Shown here: piece after piece, positions 38,030 to 49,864 of the stretch | Position numbering within the stretch: the stretch's first letter is position 1 | Layout: every line of letters begins with the position of its first letter | Origin: Octopus sinensis | Lineage: Eukaryota | Assembly: GCF_006345805.1 (NCBI RefSeq) | Contig: NC_043004.1 | Coordinates: 48,546,001 to 48,610,000 of the forward strand | Direction: 5' to 3' | Length of the DNA stretch: 64,000 nucleotides | Notes under the pieces: model-generated | Told to the model about the DNA's origin: nothing | Database searches by the model: none | What the model saw: the letters and a program-made list of their open reading frames with translations, nothing else | Program-made: the position numbers and the translations under genes

Positions 38030-38330
38030 ATATTTGTAAGAAAAATGTGGCTGAGCATGGAAGGAATTCCAGAGGATCGAAATTCCAAGAGAACAGGATT
38101 GAGGAAAAGGTGGTGAGTCTGGAAAGTGAGACATTGTAAACTTAATTATAGCAGGAGAGACTTGTAATTCAGGTCAGGTATGAGTGGAGGGGGTATGCGT
38201 CTAGATGATTCAGTGTGGTGGGTACTCAATCAGAGATGGTGGTGATAGGAGTGGAATATCGTCACTATGTGTAAATGAAGGGTCATTGTTATTTAAGTTT
38301 TGGATAATTTTGAGGTCAGTCAGCTTGACA
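38030..38330 (-). mobile_element. Old Jockey/CR1-group LINE 3' remnant
   Basis: ISILWNSF resembles the RTxxLWNSLP C-terminal motif. Confidence 0.35.
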
Positions 38331-39334
38331 GTCTTTCCTTTTCTTGCAAAATATTCCACTGTGAATTATAATCCTTATATATTTCTGAGATTTTAGAATA
38401 GGTACACTGTTTCCTTGTGTGTCATAAGATGCAACTAAAAGGTTTGATAGTAGGAAAGGCATCTAACCATGCAACACAGCCTCAAAAAGTCCTCTTCGAT
38501 CAGTGCTAGCATGGAAAAGTGCCCATAAGAACAGTGGTTGTGGTGGTGGTGGTGGTGGCAGTGGCAGAAGCAGCAGCAACTATAGCAGTGGTGATGGTAA
38601 TGATGATGATGATGATGATATTTCCATATAGATGTTTTGTTATGCTTCTTGTGTACTGCATTAGTTGCACATTGCCCTTCAGCCTTCTGTGTTAATAAAA
38701 CAAATGATCAGTTTTAAGTACTGGAGTCATTTTAATTATCTACAGTTTGCCCTTAAATGTATGGTCTTGTACTTCTGTTAGAAATAATAATTATTTTTAT
38801 CTTACTACAGTAAACTAGTTTCTACATGCAGTGGCCACCACAAATATAGAACCATTAAACAGATTTTTGAAGTTTGTATGTTATGAATTACTTCAGTGTG
38901 CTTTAATTCTCAGAGGTGAAAAGATTATTATTAACATCAACAAAAGATTTCTTTTGAGCACAATATATTCACAAGTTAACATTCAGTATAATATTCTTCT
39001 GTCTTGATATCTTTGCGCTGTCTGTAGAGTATGAGCCCAATCAAATGCTAGTGGCTAGAAAGGCAAATTGTTCCCAATTCTTTAATTGTTCTATACAGAT
39101 TATTGAGATCCAACAATCTCTGAGCTTTGATATTATGACCTGCTGTGTTCCAGAGATTTTCAATCAAATTGAGATCAAAGAGCTGGGTGTTCAGAGCATT
39201 ATCTTAACTTGTATTTTGTTATCAGATGTGAACTAGTTAAAATTATTCATCCACTCCACTGGATTCCACTCACTAAAGTTCTAGTCTGTGTCGGCTCAAG
39301 CAAATTTCAAGTGTGCCTTTTGGTTTTTCATGGA

Positions 39335-39570
39335 CTGGCCTCCGTGCCGGTGGCATGTAAAAAGCACCATCCAATCGTGGCCGTTGCCAGCCTCGTCTGG
39401 CACGTAAAAAGCACCCACTACACTCATGGAGTGGTTGGCGTTAGGAAGGGCATCCAGCCGTAGAAACATTGCCAGATCAGACTGGGCCTGGTGCACCCTT
39501 CTGGCTTCCCAGACCCCAGTTGAACTGTCCAACCCATGCTAGCATGGAAAGCGGACGCTAAACGATGGTA
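39335..39570 (+). mobile_element. Family C copy
   Basis: gtgccggtggcatgtaaaaagcacc...catgctagcatggaaagcggacgctaaacgatg. Confidence 0.8.
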
Positions 39571-40000
39571 ATGGAAATGAATGTCTTTTTATGGGTGTCA
39601 CAACCATTTAGTTTGAATCACTAGTAGTAGTTTGAATCTATTCTGCTTGATGTCAGCTGTTCATTGCCTCTGACAATCTATGAATGATTTTGGAGGACAT
39701 GTTCATAGGTCTTTCACTTTTAATGCCATCATGGTAACTACTAATGTCTCTGTAGGTGACAACAAGTTTCATACAGAAGACTGATTGCTTTTTACATATA
39801 AAGTGATGTCCCTGTAGCAGATGTCTTCTTCGTATAGACTGAACAATGTGTCTGTTTTGTAGGTGACAAACTGGCCTGCTTTCTCAACTATATTGTCACC
39901 ATAATACTATTAAAAAATACCACAGACTCACTTAGAGTCTTGTATCTGGACAAGTGATTTGAAATTAAAACCATAGCAGACTTTTGTGAAAAATCCATAG

Positions 40001-40390
40001 GTGCAGTGTGTCTGTGTGGTAAGAAGCCTGCTTCTCAACCACATGGTTCTGAGTTCAGTATCACTGCATGGCACCTTGGGAGAATGTCTTCTAGTATAGC
40101 TTCAGGCCAATCAAAGCCTTGTGAGTGGATTTGGTAGATGGAAACTGAAGGAAGCCTGTCATATATATATATATATATATATTTATGTATACCTTTGTGT
40201 CTGTGTTTGTCCCCACCACCACTTGACAACCAGTGTTCGTGTGTTTACATCCCTGTAACTTAGCAGTTTGGCAAAAGAGAATGATAGAATAAGTACTAGG
40301 CTTTAAAGAAAAAGTAAGCCCTGAGTTCGATTTCTTTGATTAAAACCCCAGCATGGTCACAGTCAAATGACCAAAACAAGTAAAAACAAA
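40001..40390 (+). mobile_element. SINE family A
   Basis: gtgtggtaagaagc...caaccacatggttc...caaatgaccaaaacaagtaaaa. Confidence 0.8.
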
Positions 40391-40394
40391 AGAG

Positions 40395-40815
40395 ATCCAT
40401 CTTCTCTGTCTGCTGTTACTGGGAGGGCTATGAGATCAGAGTCCTCAGGTACCTCTTCCATCAGAAGCAACCATTATTACACTTTCTGGCTGTTTTCCCA
40501 AGCATGACCAACTGAGATTATGGATATTATCCAGCCTTCTCATTCTTGGTCTACCCTTAAGAATCTTGCTGATTGGCTTGGCTTGAAGAATCACATTTTG
40601 TGATTCTTTCTTGTGATATTCTTATTACGTGTCCCTTGTATCAAAGTTGTGATTTCTCAAGTTGTGGCTCAATTTGGAGAGCCTCCTTGATCTCTGAGCT
40701 ACACATCCTGTTGAGTAAAGTTACTTCAGAGATCCTTCAGAATAACCTCATTTTGGCCACTTGCATTCACGATCATACCTATTTGGCCTTTACCCAACAT
40801 TCATGAGCATAGGCA
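40395..40815 (-). mobile_element. Old RTE-type LINE C-terminal remnant
   Basis: SSEIKEALQIEP, GHVIRISQERI, KGRPRMRRLDNI. Confidence 0.6.
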
Positions 40816-41212
40816 AGGATAGTCACAAAAACTAAATTGAAGATAGCAAGTTTGGGTTTTTTACCAACTTTTCCTTCACTGAGGATTTAAATAAAATGAT
40901 TTAAATAAGGGTATTATTCTTTTATTCTTTTACTCGTTTCAGTCATTTGAGTGAGGCTATGCTGGAGCACCGCCTTGAAGAGTGTTAGTCAAACAAATTG
41001 ATTCCAGGACTTTTATTAAGCCTAGTACTTATTCTATCAGTTTCTTTTGCCAAACTGCTAAGTCATGTGGATGTAAATACACAAACACTGGTTGTCAAGC
41101 GGTGATGGGAAGGGACAAACTCAGACACAAACACACACATACACATCGATAGATATATACATACATACACACATACATACATGCATGCATACATACAAAC
41201 GCACACACACAC

Positions 41213-41253
<41 letters not shown>

Positions 41254-41940
41254 TACATAACCCAAAAGTTAAGGAATGGAGTAGATGAAATCTGGGCTAC
41301 ATATGTTTCATAGTGAACAGCCCTAACTTTGGAATTTTATTTGCATACCCTGGCTGCCAAATGTGAACTAGAAAATAATTTTTTCCAACTTATCATACTT
41401 CTTCAGTATGGGAAAAATTCACAACTTTCTGCACCAACAAACAACTATTGTTCTTGAAAGTTGTTTTTTATGTGGTTTTGATAGTTTCTGCAGATTGCTT
41501 GAAGCTAACTTTCTTCCTCCACCTTGATCCTTGGATTTTACATTTATATATCTATGTATATATATTGTTGCTACTATGCAAAAGTGGCATAAGTCCAAAA
41601 CATTGCTTTTTCAGAAAACGAAAAATAGCTTCACAATTCCATAGCAAAACTTTTGTACAATTTTTGATATCATGGCATCTGAAGCAGCTGGAGATACAAT
41701 AGTTTGTCCAAAAGAACTGGCTATTGCAAACAAAAATAAATATTGAAAAACGCATTTGGCCAAATGTGGACATACAACAGTTTAACATAAAAGTAATGAT
41801 ATATATATATATATATATATATATATTGAGGCTTCTTTCAGTTTCTGTCTACCAAATTCATTCACAAGGCCTTGGTCAGCCTGATGCTTTAGTAATCTTT
41901 ATCATTCCTTACAAGTATTTGTTAATTTCTTTATATTGAT

Positions 41941-42340
41941 ACTAGCAGTATCGCCCGGCATTGCTCGGGTTTGTAAGGGAAATAACTATATAAGCATTTT
42001 TAGAGAGTCATTGCCAAAAAATAGCAAAAAAATGCATTAAAAATGGAAAAAAATGATGGTAAATTTTTTTTTTAAATCGTTGACTCATCATAGACATTTT
42101 TAGAGAGTTACTTCCCTTATATAATAGCGAAAAAATGCATTAAAATAGGAAAAATTGATGGTAAATTTTTTTTTTAATCGTAGACTCATCGTAGACGCGC
42201 ACTAATACCCAGAAGGTCTCGATATGAATCACGACTATAAGATACCCGGTTTTGGTTAAACTGCACCGCAAAATGTGGGAGTAGTTAGGAATCTAAATCG
42301 TAGGAGACAGACACATAACTTGACTTTTATATATAAAGAT
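41941..42340. mobile_element. Helitron/Helentron-like non-autonomous element
   Basis: actagc start, cccggcattgctcggg hairpin, internal ~100-bp duplication, end gacagacac...cttttatatataaagat. Confidence 0.5.
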
Positions 42341-43462
42341 TTCTTTGTATTGATTATGAACTTTATTTCAGATATTCAAAAAATCTGTTGAATGATTCTA
42401 AATTTCTGATGGCTGCTGTACTTACACAAACTCTTGAATGTTGATTTAGGTAAAATGTAGATATTTTAGTGTAGATGTTGATAGTTAATAGAACATCTTT
42501 CATATTGTGAAATATTGCTGATAATTAACCACTGATTTTAATTTTAATTAATGAAAAGTTAAATTAATTAATAAATGCTGTTAATGTTGTTAGGTGAGAG
42601 TTGGTCAGTGAAGAAAATTGTTCTTAGAAGTATATGGAAGGACAGAGGGACATGCATGCATAAAGGTGAAATCAGGTCGCTGAGGTTATTCCTTCAGGGA
42701 TACAAATTCTTATTTGATACAAAAGCATGCCAACAAACATGGTCTGTCATTCATCATAAACTCACTGTAAACAATGATTTTCCAGCTGAATTTTGTTTAT
42801 TATTATGTTCTTCAACATTACTATTGTTGTTGTTTTAATTTTGTTTCCTTCTCCCCATTCTTTGTTTCTTAGATTTATTTTTTCACACTGGTCTTCGCTG
42901 TTGTGTTTAGTGACCGACAGTAATTTGAAATGATATCAAGTCAAACAAGAATTGTCAGTCCTCTATAGATTTAGTTTTATCATGTTTTTATATTGATTAA
43001 CTGTCACATTTTGCCTCACACTATCAACATTTTAAAATCAAAAAATTGCTTCTGTATTTTACAGGGGATTTTGTTTTATTTCATTCTTCATGTATAGTAA
43101 TTCACCCCTAATTTTTATGTCCACCTATATTTTTGTATGGTAGTGGTAGTGCACGTTGCTATAAACTTTGGCTTGTCTATTTAACCCATTTAATTCCATA
43201 TAGCAATCATTTCTTAAATTTGTGAAGAAAATAAATGATGGAAACTACCAATCAAACATAAGCAGTTTCAAAACCTACAGCCTCTAAGCGTTTACAAAGT
43301 AGTAGATGGGGCATTGATTAACAGGTGAAAAAGTAGTTTAGATTATTATTATGAGTTGCTGTGATAAATGAACCACAGTTTAAATTATGAAGCAATGGAA
43401 AGTATGTTCAGATTTTGTTACTCCTTTATCATTCAGATTATTCTGTCAAATATGATGCTTAT

Positions 43463-43920
43463 TCTGTTGTGTCTGGGGAGAGTCATTTTCTTTTAGTGCC
43501 TTATTATTTAACACACTCACCGGTAAAATTTCCACTTATTTCTTATTTTTTATTTTCTAAAATTATCGTTGTGTCTTGCAACCTTTTCAATAGCTAACAT
43601 TTCCTTCAAACCTTGCTTTTGTTACACTAATTCAAATCCTAAAGAATCCCTCAAGGAAACACATGGCTATGATGCTCCCCCATTATTCCTGCTCATGATC
43701 AGAGATGCACATATTGTCAGTCACTAAAGGACACTAAGAGTCAAGACTATTGAAAAGGTTGCAAGACGCAATGAAAATTTTAGAAAATAAAAAATAAGAA
43801 ATAAGTAGAAATTTTACCGGTGAGTGTGTTAAATAATAAGGCACTAAAAGAAAATGACTCTCCCCAGACACAGCAGAATATGCTTCAACACAAAGAATCT
43901 TGCAAACCAAATCCAAAAAT
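43463..43920. mobile_element. Fold-back insertion with ~137-bp inverted arms, each carrying a hammerhead-like motif, flanked by a 15-bp direct repeat
   Basis: Arms 43457-43593 and 43747-43883; AAATATGATGCTTAT at 43448-43462 and 43921-43935. Confidence 0.7.
43747..43783 (+). ncRNA. Minimal hammerhead-like motif with U3-A8 core
   Basis: CTA-TTGAAAA-G-GTTGC-aagac-GCAAT-GAA-AATT-T-TAG; palindromic AATT; short stem I. Confidence 0.5.
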
Positions 43921-44170
43921 GAAATATGATGCTTATATTAATTTGAAATAATCATGCATTATCTTGTAGGTAGCTTTAAAACTTCAATGATGTTATCGTT
44001 TTTTCAGAGTGACCTTGTAGGGTAGGTATGAGAGGCCAGATCTGGCTAGTTTCAACATCAAACAGGTAGATTATTTGAGCTAGATATGTCTTGTTTAATG
44101 TTTAAGGGTTGATTACTCTGGAATAAAACACTGAGGTGTGGGTTATTGATTGATATATTTGATATTTAAA

Positions 44171-44386
44171 GGCGGCGAGCTGGCAGAAATGTTAGTGCGC
44201 CGAGCGAAATGTTTAGCGGTATTTCGTCTGTCATTATGTTCTGAGTTCAAATTCCGCCGAGGTCGACTTTGCCTTTCATCCTTTCGGGGTCGATAAATAA
44301 AGTACCAGTTTTGCAACTGGGGTCATTGTAATTCCTTTGTCCTTGTTTGTCCCCTCTGTTTAGCCCCTTGTGGGCAGTAAAGAAAA
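44171..44386 (+). mobile_element. SINE family B (inside duplication unit 1)
   Basis: ggcggcgagctggcagaaatgttag...gagttcaaattccgccgagg. Confidence 0.9.
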
Positions 44387-45143
44387 TATTTAATGTGTGT
44401 TTTCAAGTCAAAATCTATGGAGTTTTGTGTGAACAAGGAGCTCTGTAATCCACTCAACTAAAGCTTACCTCTGTTTGTTATAGAATTATGTAGGTGAGAG
44501 ACAAATCTCATCTTTTTTTTTTTTTGATAAACCACTTGTCTATTTTTCTGATGCTGACAGCTGTATATAATATCACCTTGTGATGCCTACATACCACTAA
44601 GTGTACTGGGCTTTTCAGAGTTAATACTGTTTTCTATAAATACATCAAACAATTGCTGACAGGATTTGAACTGATAACATCTTTGTTGAATAATTGGTGT
44701 ACTGTAATATACATTATCCATGCATGTGTGTGTGTTTGTTATATATATATAGAGAGAGAGGGAGAGAGACAGACAGCGCAAATTGATTTATTAACATCAA
44801 AGAATAAATCCATGGAAATTAAGAGCTCAGTTAATAAAAGGTCATTAAATTCTAGCAAGTTATTACTTTCCCGTATATACATGTAGGTCTGATTTGCATG
44901 TTTCTACATAGCACTGTGTAACACAATTTTTTTCCTTGTGTAGCAACTTTTGTTTACTATTTGCTTACCCCTAGAAAGTATGGAAAATGGCTAACATTTC
45001 CTTCAAACCTTGCTTTTGTTACACTAATTCAAATCCTAAAGAATCCCTCAAGGAAACACATGGCTATGATGCTCCCCCATTATTCCTGCTCATGATCAGA
45101 GATGCACATATTGTCAGTCACTAAAGGACACTAAGAGTCAAGA

Positions 45144-45180
45144 CTATTGAAAAGGTTGCAAGACGCAATGAAAATTTTAG
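45144..45180 (+). ncRNA. Duplicate of 43747-43783 hammerhead-like motif
   Basis: Identical sequence, offset +1397. Confidence 0.5.
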
Positions 45181-45567
45181 AAAATAAAAAATAAGAAATA
45201 AGTAGAAATTTTACCGGTGAGTGTGTTAAATAATAAGGCACTAAAAGAAAATGACTCTCCCCAGACACAGCAGAATATGCTTCAACACAAAGAATCTTGC
45301 AAACCAAATCCAAAAATGAAATATGATGCTTATATTAATTTGAAATAATCATGCATTATCTTGTAGGTAGCTTTAAAACTTCAATGATGTTATCGTTTTT
45401 TCAGAGTGACCTTGTAGGGTAGGTATGAGAGGCCAGATCTGGCTAGTTTCAACATCAAACAGGTAGATTATTTGAGCTAGATATGTCTTGTTTAATGTTT
45501 AAGGGTTGATTACTCTGGAATAAAACACTGAGGTGTGGGTTATTGATTGATATATTTGATATTTAAA

Positions 45568-45783
45568 GGCGGCGAGCTGGCAGAAATGTTAGTGCGCCGA
45601 GCGAAATGTTTAGCGGTATTTCGTCTGTCATTATGTTCTGAGTTCAAATTCCGCCGAGGTCGACTTTGCCTTTCATCCTTTCGGGGTCGATAAATAAAGT
45701 ACCAGTTTTGCAACTGGGGTCATTGTAATTCCTTTGTCCTTGTTTGTCCCCTCTGTTTAGCCCCTTGTGGGCAGTAAAGAAAT
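45568..45783 (+). mobile_element. SINE family B (inside duplication unit 2)
   Basis: Copy of 44171-44386. Confidence 0.9.
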
Positions 45784-46959
45784 ATATTTAATGTGTGTTT
45801 TCAAGTCAAAATCTATGGAGTTTTGTGTGAACAAGGAGCTCTGTAATCCACTCAACTAAAGCTTACCTCTGTTTGTTATAGAATTATGTAGGTGAGAGAC
45901 AAATCTCATCTTTTTTTTTTTTTTGATAAACCACTTGTCTATTTTTCTGATGCTGACAGCTGTATATAATATCACCTTGTGATGCCTACATACCACTAAG
46001 TGTACTGGGCTTTTCAGAGTTAATACTGTTTTCTATAAATACATCAAACAATTGCTGACAGGATTTGAACTGATAACATCTTTGTTGAATAATTGGTGTA
46101 CTGTAATATACATTATCCATGCATGTGTGTGTGTTTGTTATATATATATAGAGAGAGAGGGAGAGAGACAGACAGCGCAAATTGATTTATTAACATCAAA
46201 GAATAAATCCATGGAAATTAAGAGCTCAGTTAATAAAAGGTCATTAAATTCTAGCAAGTTATTACTTTCCCGTATATACATGTAGGTCTGATTTGCATGT
46301 TTCTACATAGCACTGTGTAACACAATTTTTTTCCTTGTGTAGCAACTTTTGTTTACTATTTGCTTACCCCTAGAAAGTATGGAAAATGGCTAACATTTCC
46401 TTCAAACCTTGCTTTTGTTACACTAATTCAAATCCTAAAGAATCCCTCAAGGAAACACATGGCTATGATGCTCCCCCATTAATCCTGCTCATGATCAGAG
46501 ATGCACATATTGTCAGTCACTAAGGGACATGCTCAAGTGGTTAAGGTCAAGTAACTGACAAGCAAATCTACGGTATTGAGCTGAATATTTGCTATAACAA
46601 TATTTCTAATTCAGCATCTCTGCTGAATCTGTCTGAAATATAACTGAAACAGGTCATTTTCAAAACATTGATATCCAGTTTGAATGGAATAGTTGTAATT
46701 TCCTTTGATTTCTATATAGAAACAAATAGGAAATAACACTTACTGAACAAAGACAAAATTTTGTTGCGCAGTGTAATTGACTAAAATGAGTTTTAAGAAC
46801 AACATATTTAATATAAAGTAGAAAAGCATGAATTTTATATATGGTTCGCCAGTTAATTGTGCTCAATGGCTGTTTCATTAAGATAAACACCAACAAATGT
46901 CTTTTTGGCTTAGCTATATGAACAAAAATTAAGAAGGGCTGGTCCACATCTATAGGCTC

Positions 46960-47410
46960 ACCTGTGGCTGACCAGACCTTCAACTGCAGTTGAAGGTCTG
47001 GCCAGGATTTGATGACGAAGTGTTGCGGTTCTTTCTCCTGTGCCTTTTGTTCTTGAGAGTGGCCCTGTGAGTGTTTTCAAAGGAGGAGAGAGCATGGTTG
47101 ATAGTAAGACACCAGACATCACAGTCTTCAGCCAGGGTGGACTACTGGTGATGGTTGATGTGTCAAGCACCAAGGGATCTTTTAAAACAGTCCTTTAAGT
47201 GAAGGCCCCCCCCCCTGCATCACCCCATTGAAGGGCTTCACTTAAAGGACTGTTTGGCAAAATTTGATGCCATATCTCTGCTCGATGTCTTTAGTGAAAA
47301 CGAAAATCTAATGAGCATGAACTACATGTCTGTACTCTACATATAACAGCCAAGAACTGGCATGGCCTACCACTGCAAAAATTTTCAAGCATATACAAGA
47401 AGGATGGCAT
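46960..47410 (-). mobile_element. RTE-type LINE C-terminal remnant with two local inverted repeats
   Basis: HLKDCFKRSLGA, HINHHQ, RATLKNKRHRRKNR, NPGQTFNC, GLVSH. Confidence 0.65.
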
Positions 47411-47505
47411 CATCTTTCACCTAAAAGATTTTGCCCATGTGATGTTAGTTTTGGTGGGAAAATATAAAGTTGGATACTTTTCCTCATTTATATATGTGTG
47501 TGTGA

Positions 47506-47546
<41 letters not shown>

Positions 47547-47807
47547 CACATGCACGTGCATGTGTGTGTGTGTGTGTGTGTCTCCTTGTCTAGACATTAT
47601 GCCACTGTTATAAGCAAGTGCCACTGTATTGCAAGCGGTTTCCTTCCTTTGCCTTCTTTGAATACATGTACAGATTCTGGGAAATACTATCTTGCTTGGA
47701 AACATGTGAGCGCTGGCAACAGGAAAGGCATCCAGCTGTAGATAATCTGCATCTCAATGAATTCCATCGAGCATAGAAACTGATGTTAAAATGGTCATGA
47801 TGTTAGT

Positions 47808-47892
<85 letters not shown>

Positions 47893-48082
47893 ACACACAT
47901 ACACACACACAAAGACAGAGAGAAAGTGATAGACAGACAGACAGACAGAATTTTGTATATCATTTATAATTTATATTATTGAGATGAATTTTCACAATCA
48001 TTACTATGTTACACATTAGTAGATTTAGCTGCCTGTTTGGGGTCTGAGCGAGTGACAACATATCTGTGAAACAGGACAAATA

Positions 48083-49087
48083 TTGTGTCATTCCATAAAT
48101 AATGCAGTTTTTTATACTTCTTTTATTTTTCAAAATTAAGATAAACAAAGTTCTTTTTTAATCTAAAATATACTCTCCTCCATTTTCTGCAATGCTCTTT
48201 CATCTATCTGGTAATTTTGCGAGACCCCTCTTCCAAAATTCACTTGTCCGTGACGAAAAATACTCAAGTACTGTTTTACCTCGTCTACAAAATTCATATT
48301 TTTTTCCATCCAAATGCAGAATAAATGATAATCAGATATGGCAATGTCCAGTGAATATAGTGGGTGGGGCATCATTTCCCATTCAAACAGCTTCAGCCTT
48401 TGGAATGTCACCCTCACTGTATGTGGCCAAGCATTATCCTGATGGAAGAACACTTTTTGTCTTAAAACCAAAGATGGTCATTTTCCTTCTAGAGCTGACT
48501 TAAGCTGCTCAAGCTGCTTGCAGCAGATCTTATTTGTTATCGTTTGGTTTGGGTTTAAAAGTTCAAAGTGGGCTAAACCTTTCATATTCCACCCACCTGA
48601 TAACAACACCTTATGTGGGTGAAGACCTTCTTTAGCCTGGGATGCTGGTGTTTCTCCTTTCCCTATCCACTGTCTTCAGCACTTGACATTTTTATAGGGA
48701 ACCCATTTCTCAGCACCAGGATGAGGCTTGTCTTCTAGGCTGTAGTTTCTGGCCCGGAATTTCTGGAACCACTGTTAACACTGGTTTACGCTTAATGTCT
48801 GATCCCCATATACTGCATTAATATTCCTTGCACTTTCCATTGCACTGTTGCTTTTATTAAACTCATAAAGCAAAATATACTGAATATGCTCCTTTGTCAC
48901 TTTCATTATAGCTTTGAAAATATAACTGTTAAAATCAAACTGCACTCTTCAAAACTTGCACTAAGAATAAGTCAAGTTAAATTTACTACCTACTTTTATA
49001 GCAAGTTGATTTAGGTAGTTTATCCCGCCCCCTCCAACTTCTAGTTCATGCAATTGAAAAAACTGCATTATTTATGGGATGACCTAG
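48083..49087 (-). mobile_element. Mariner (DD34D) transposon, internally deleted and inactivated
   Basis: 26-bp TIR 48087-48112 / 49058-49083 (1 mismatch), TA flanks; N-terminal MKVTKEHIQYILLYEFNK from 48906; EKWVPY, HPHKVLL, HQDNAWPH, YSLDIAISDYHLF. Confidence 0.9.
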
Positions 49088-49119
49088 TATTTGTACAGCT
49101 TAAAGATCTAATTATATAT

Positions 49120-49349
49120 ATTTCTTTACTACCCACAAGGAGCTAAACACAGAGGAGACAAACAGGGACAGACAAACGGATTAAGTCGATTACATCGACC
49201 CCAGTGCGTAACTGGTACTTAATTTATCGACCCTGGAAGGATGAAAGGCAAAGTCGACCTTGGCGGAATTTGAACTCGGAACGTAATGGCAGACGAAATA
49301 CGGCAACGCATTTCGCCCAGCGTGCTAACGTTTCTGCCAGCTCGCCGCC
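49120..49349 (-). mobile_element. SINE family B (young, full length)
   Basis: Near-consensus, CpG-rich. Confidence 0.9.
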
Positions 49350-49864
49350 TTCAAAAAATTTAATTATATATGTTTTTTTTCTTTTACTCTCAAAAGGTTT
49401 TAGTCATTCGACTGTGGCCATGCTGGGGCAATTAACTTTTCTTTTTCAAGCCTGGTACTTATTCTAATTGATCTCTTTTTGCTGAACCACTAAGTTATAG
49501 GGACATAAAACAAACCAACACTAGTTGTCAAGTGGTGGTGGGGTCAAACACAAATACAAAGACACACAAAGATATATACACAAACACACACACATATATA
49601 TGTATATATACATATGTATGTTACCCATGTTGAATCTTGCAAAAGAAATCCAGAGAAGTATTCAAACTCTACTTCCAACCCAAGGCAAAAGACACCCTTG
49701 CTACTGCCACTAAGTAGTAGCAACAACAACAACAACAACAAACATGATGTGTGGTTCCTGATGAAAAGCAAACCCAGCCATCAAGGCTCAAAAAATGGAA
49801 AATACTCTACACTGATAGATTGCAGCACACTCACATCCAATCCCTTTCTTTGTCCTAACTGAGA

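Larger units (their letters stand above)
43593..46530. repeat. Near-identical ~1.4-kb tandem duplication (2 full units plus partial)
   Basis: gctaacatttccttcaaacc at 43593, 44990, 46389 (periods 1397 and 1399); units differ by only a few bases. Confidence 0.95.

Noticed and set aside
37605-38030. 141-aa minus-strand ORF
   Set aside because: Composite of a LINE remnant, a dispersed repeat (similar to 56410-56520) and a trinucleotide run; only the 68-nt exon candidate was kept.
42595-42664. Plus-strand AG/GT-bounded segment GESWSVKKIVLRSIWKDRG
   Set aside because: Weak acceptor, no recognisable homology or partner exons.
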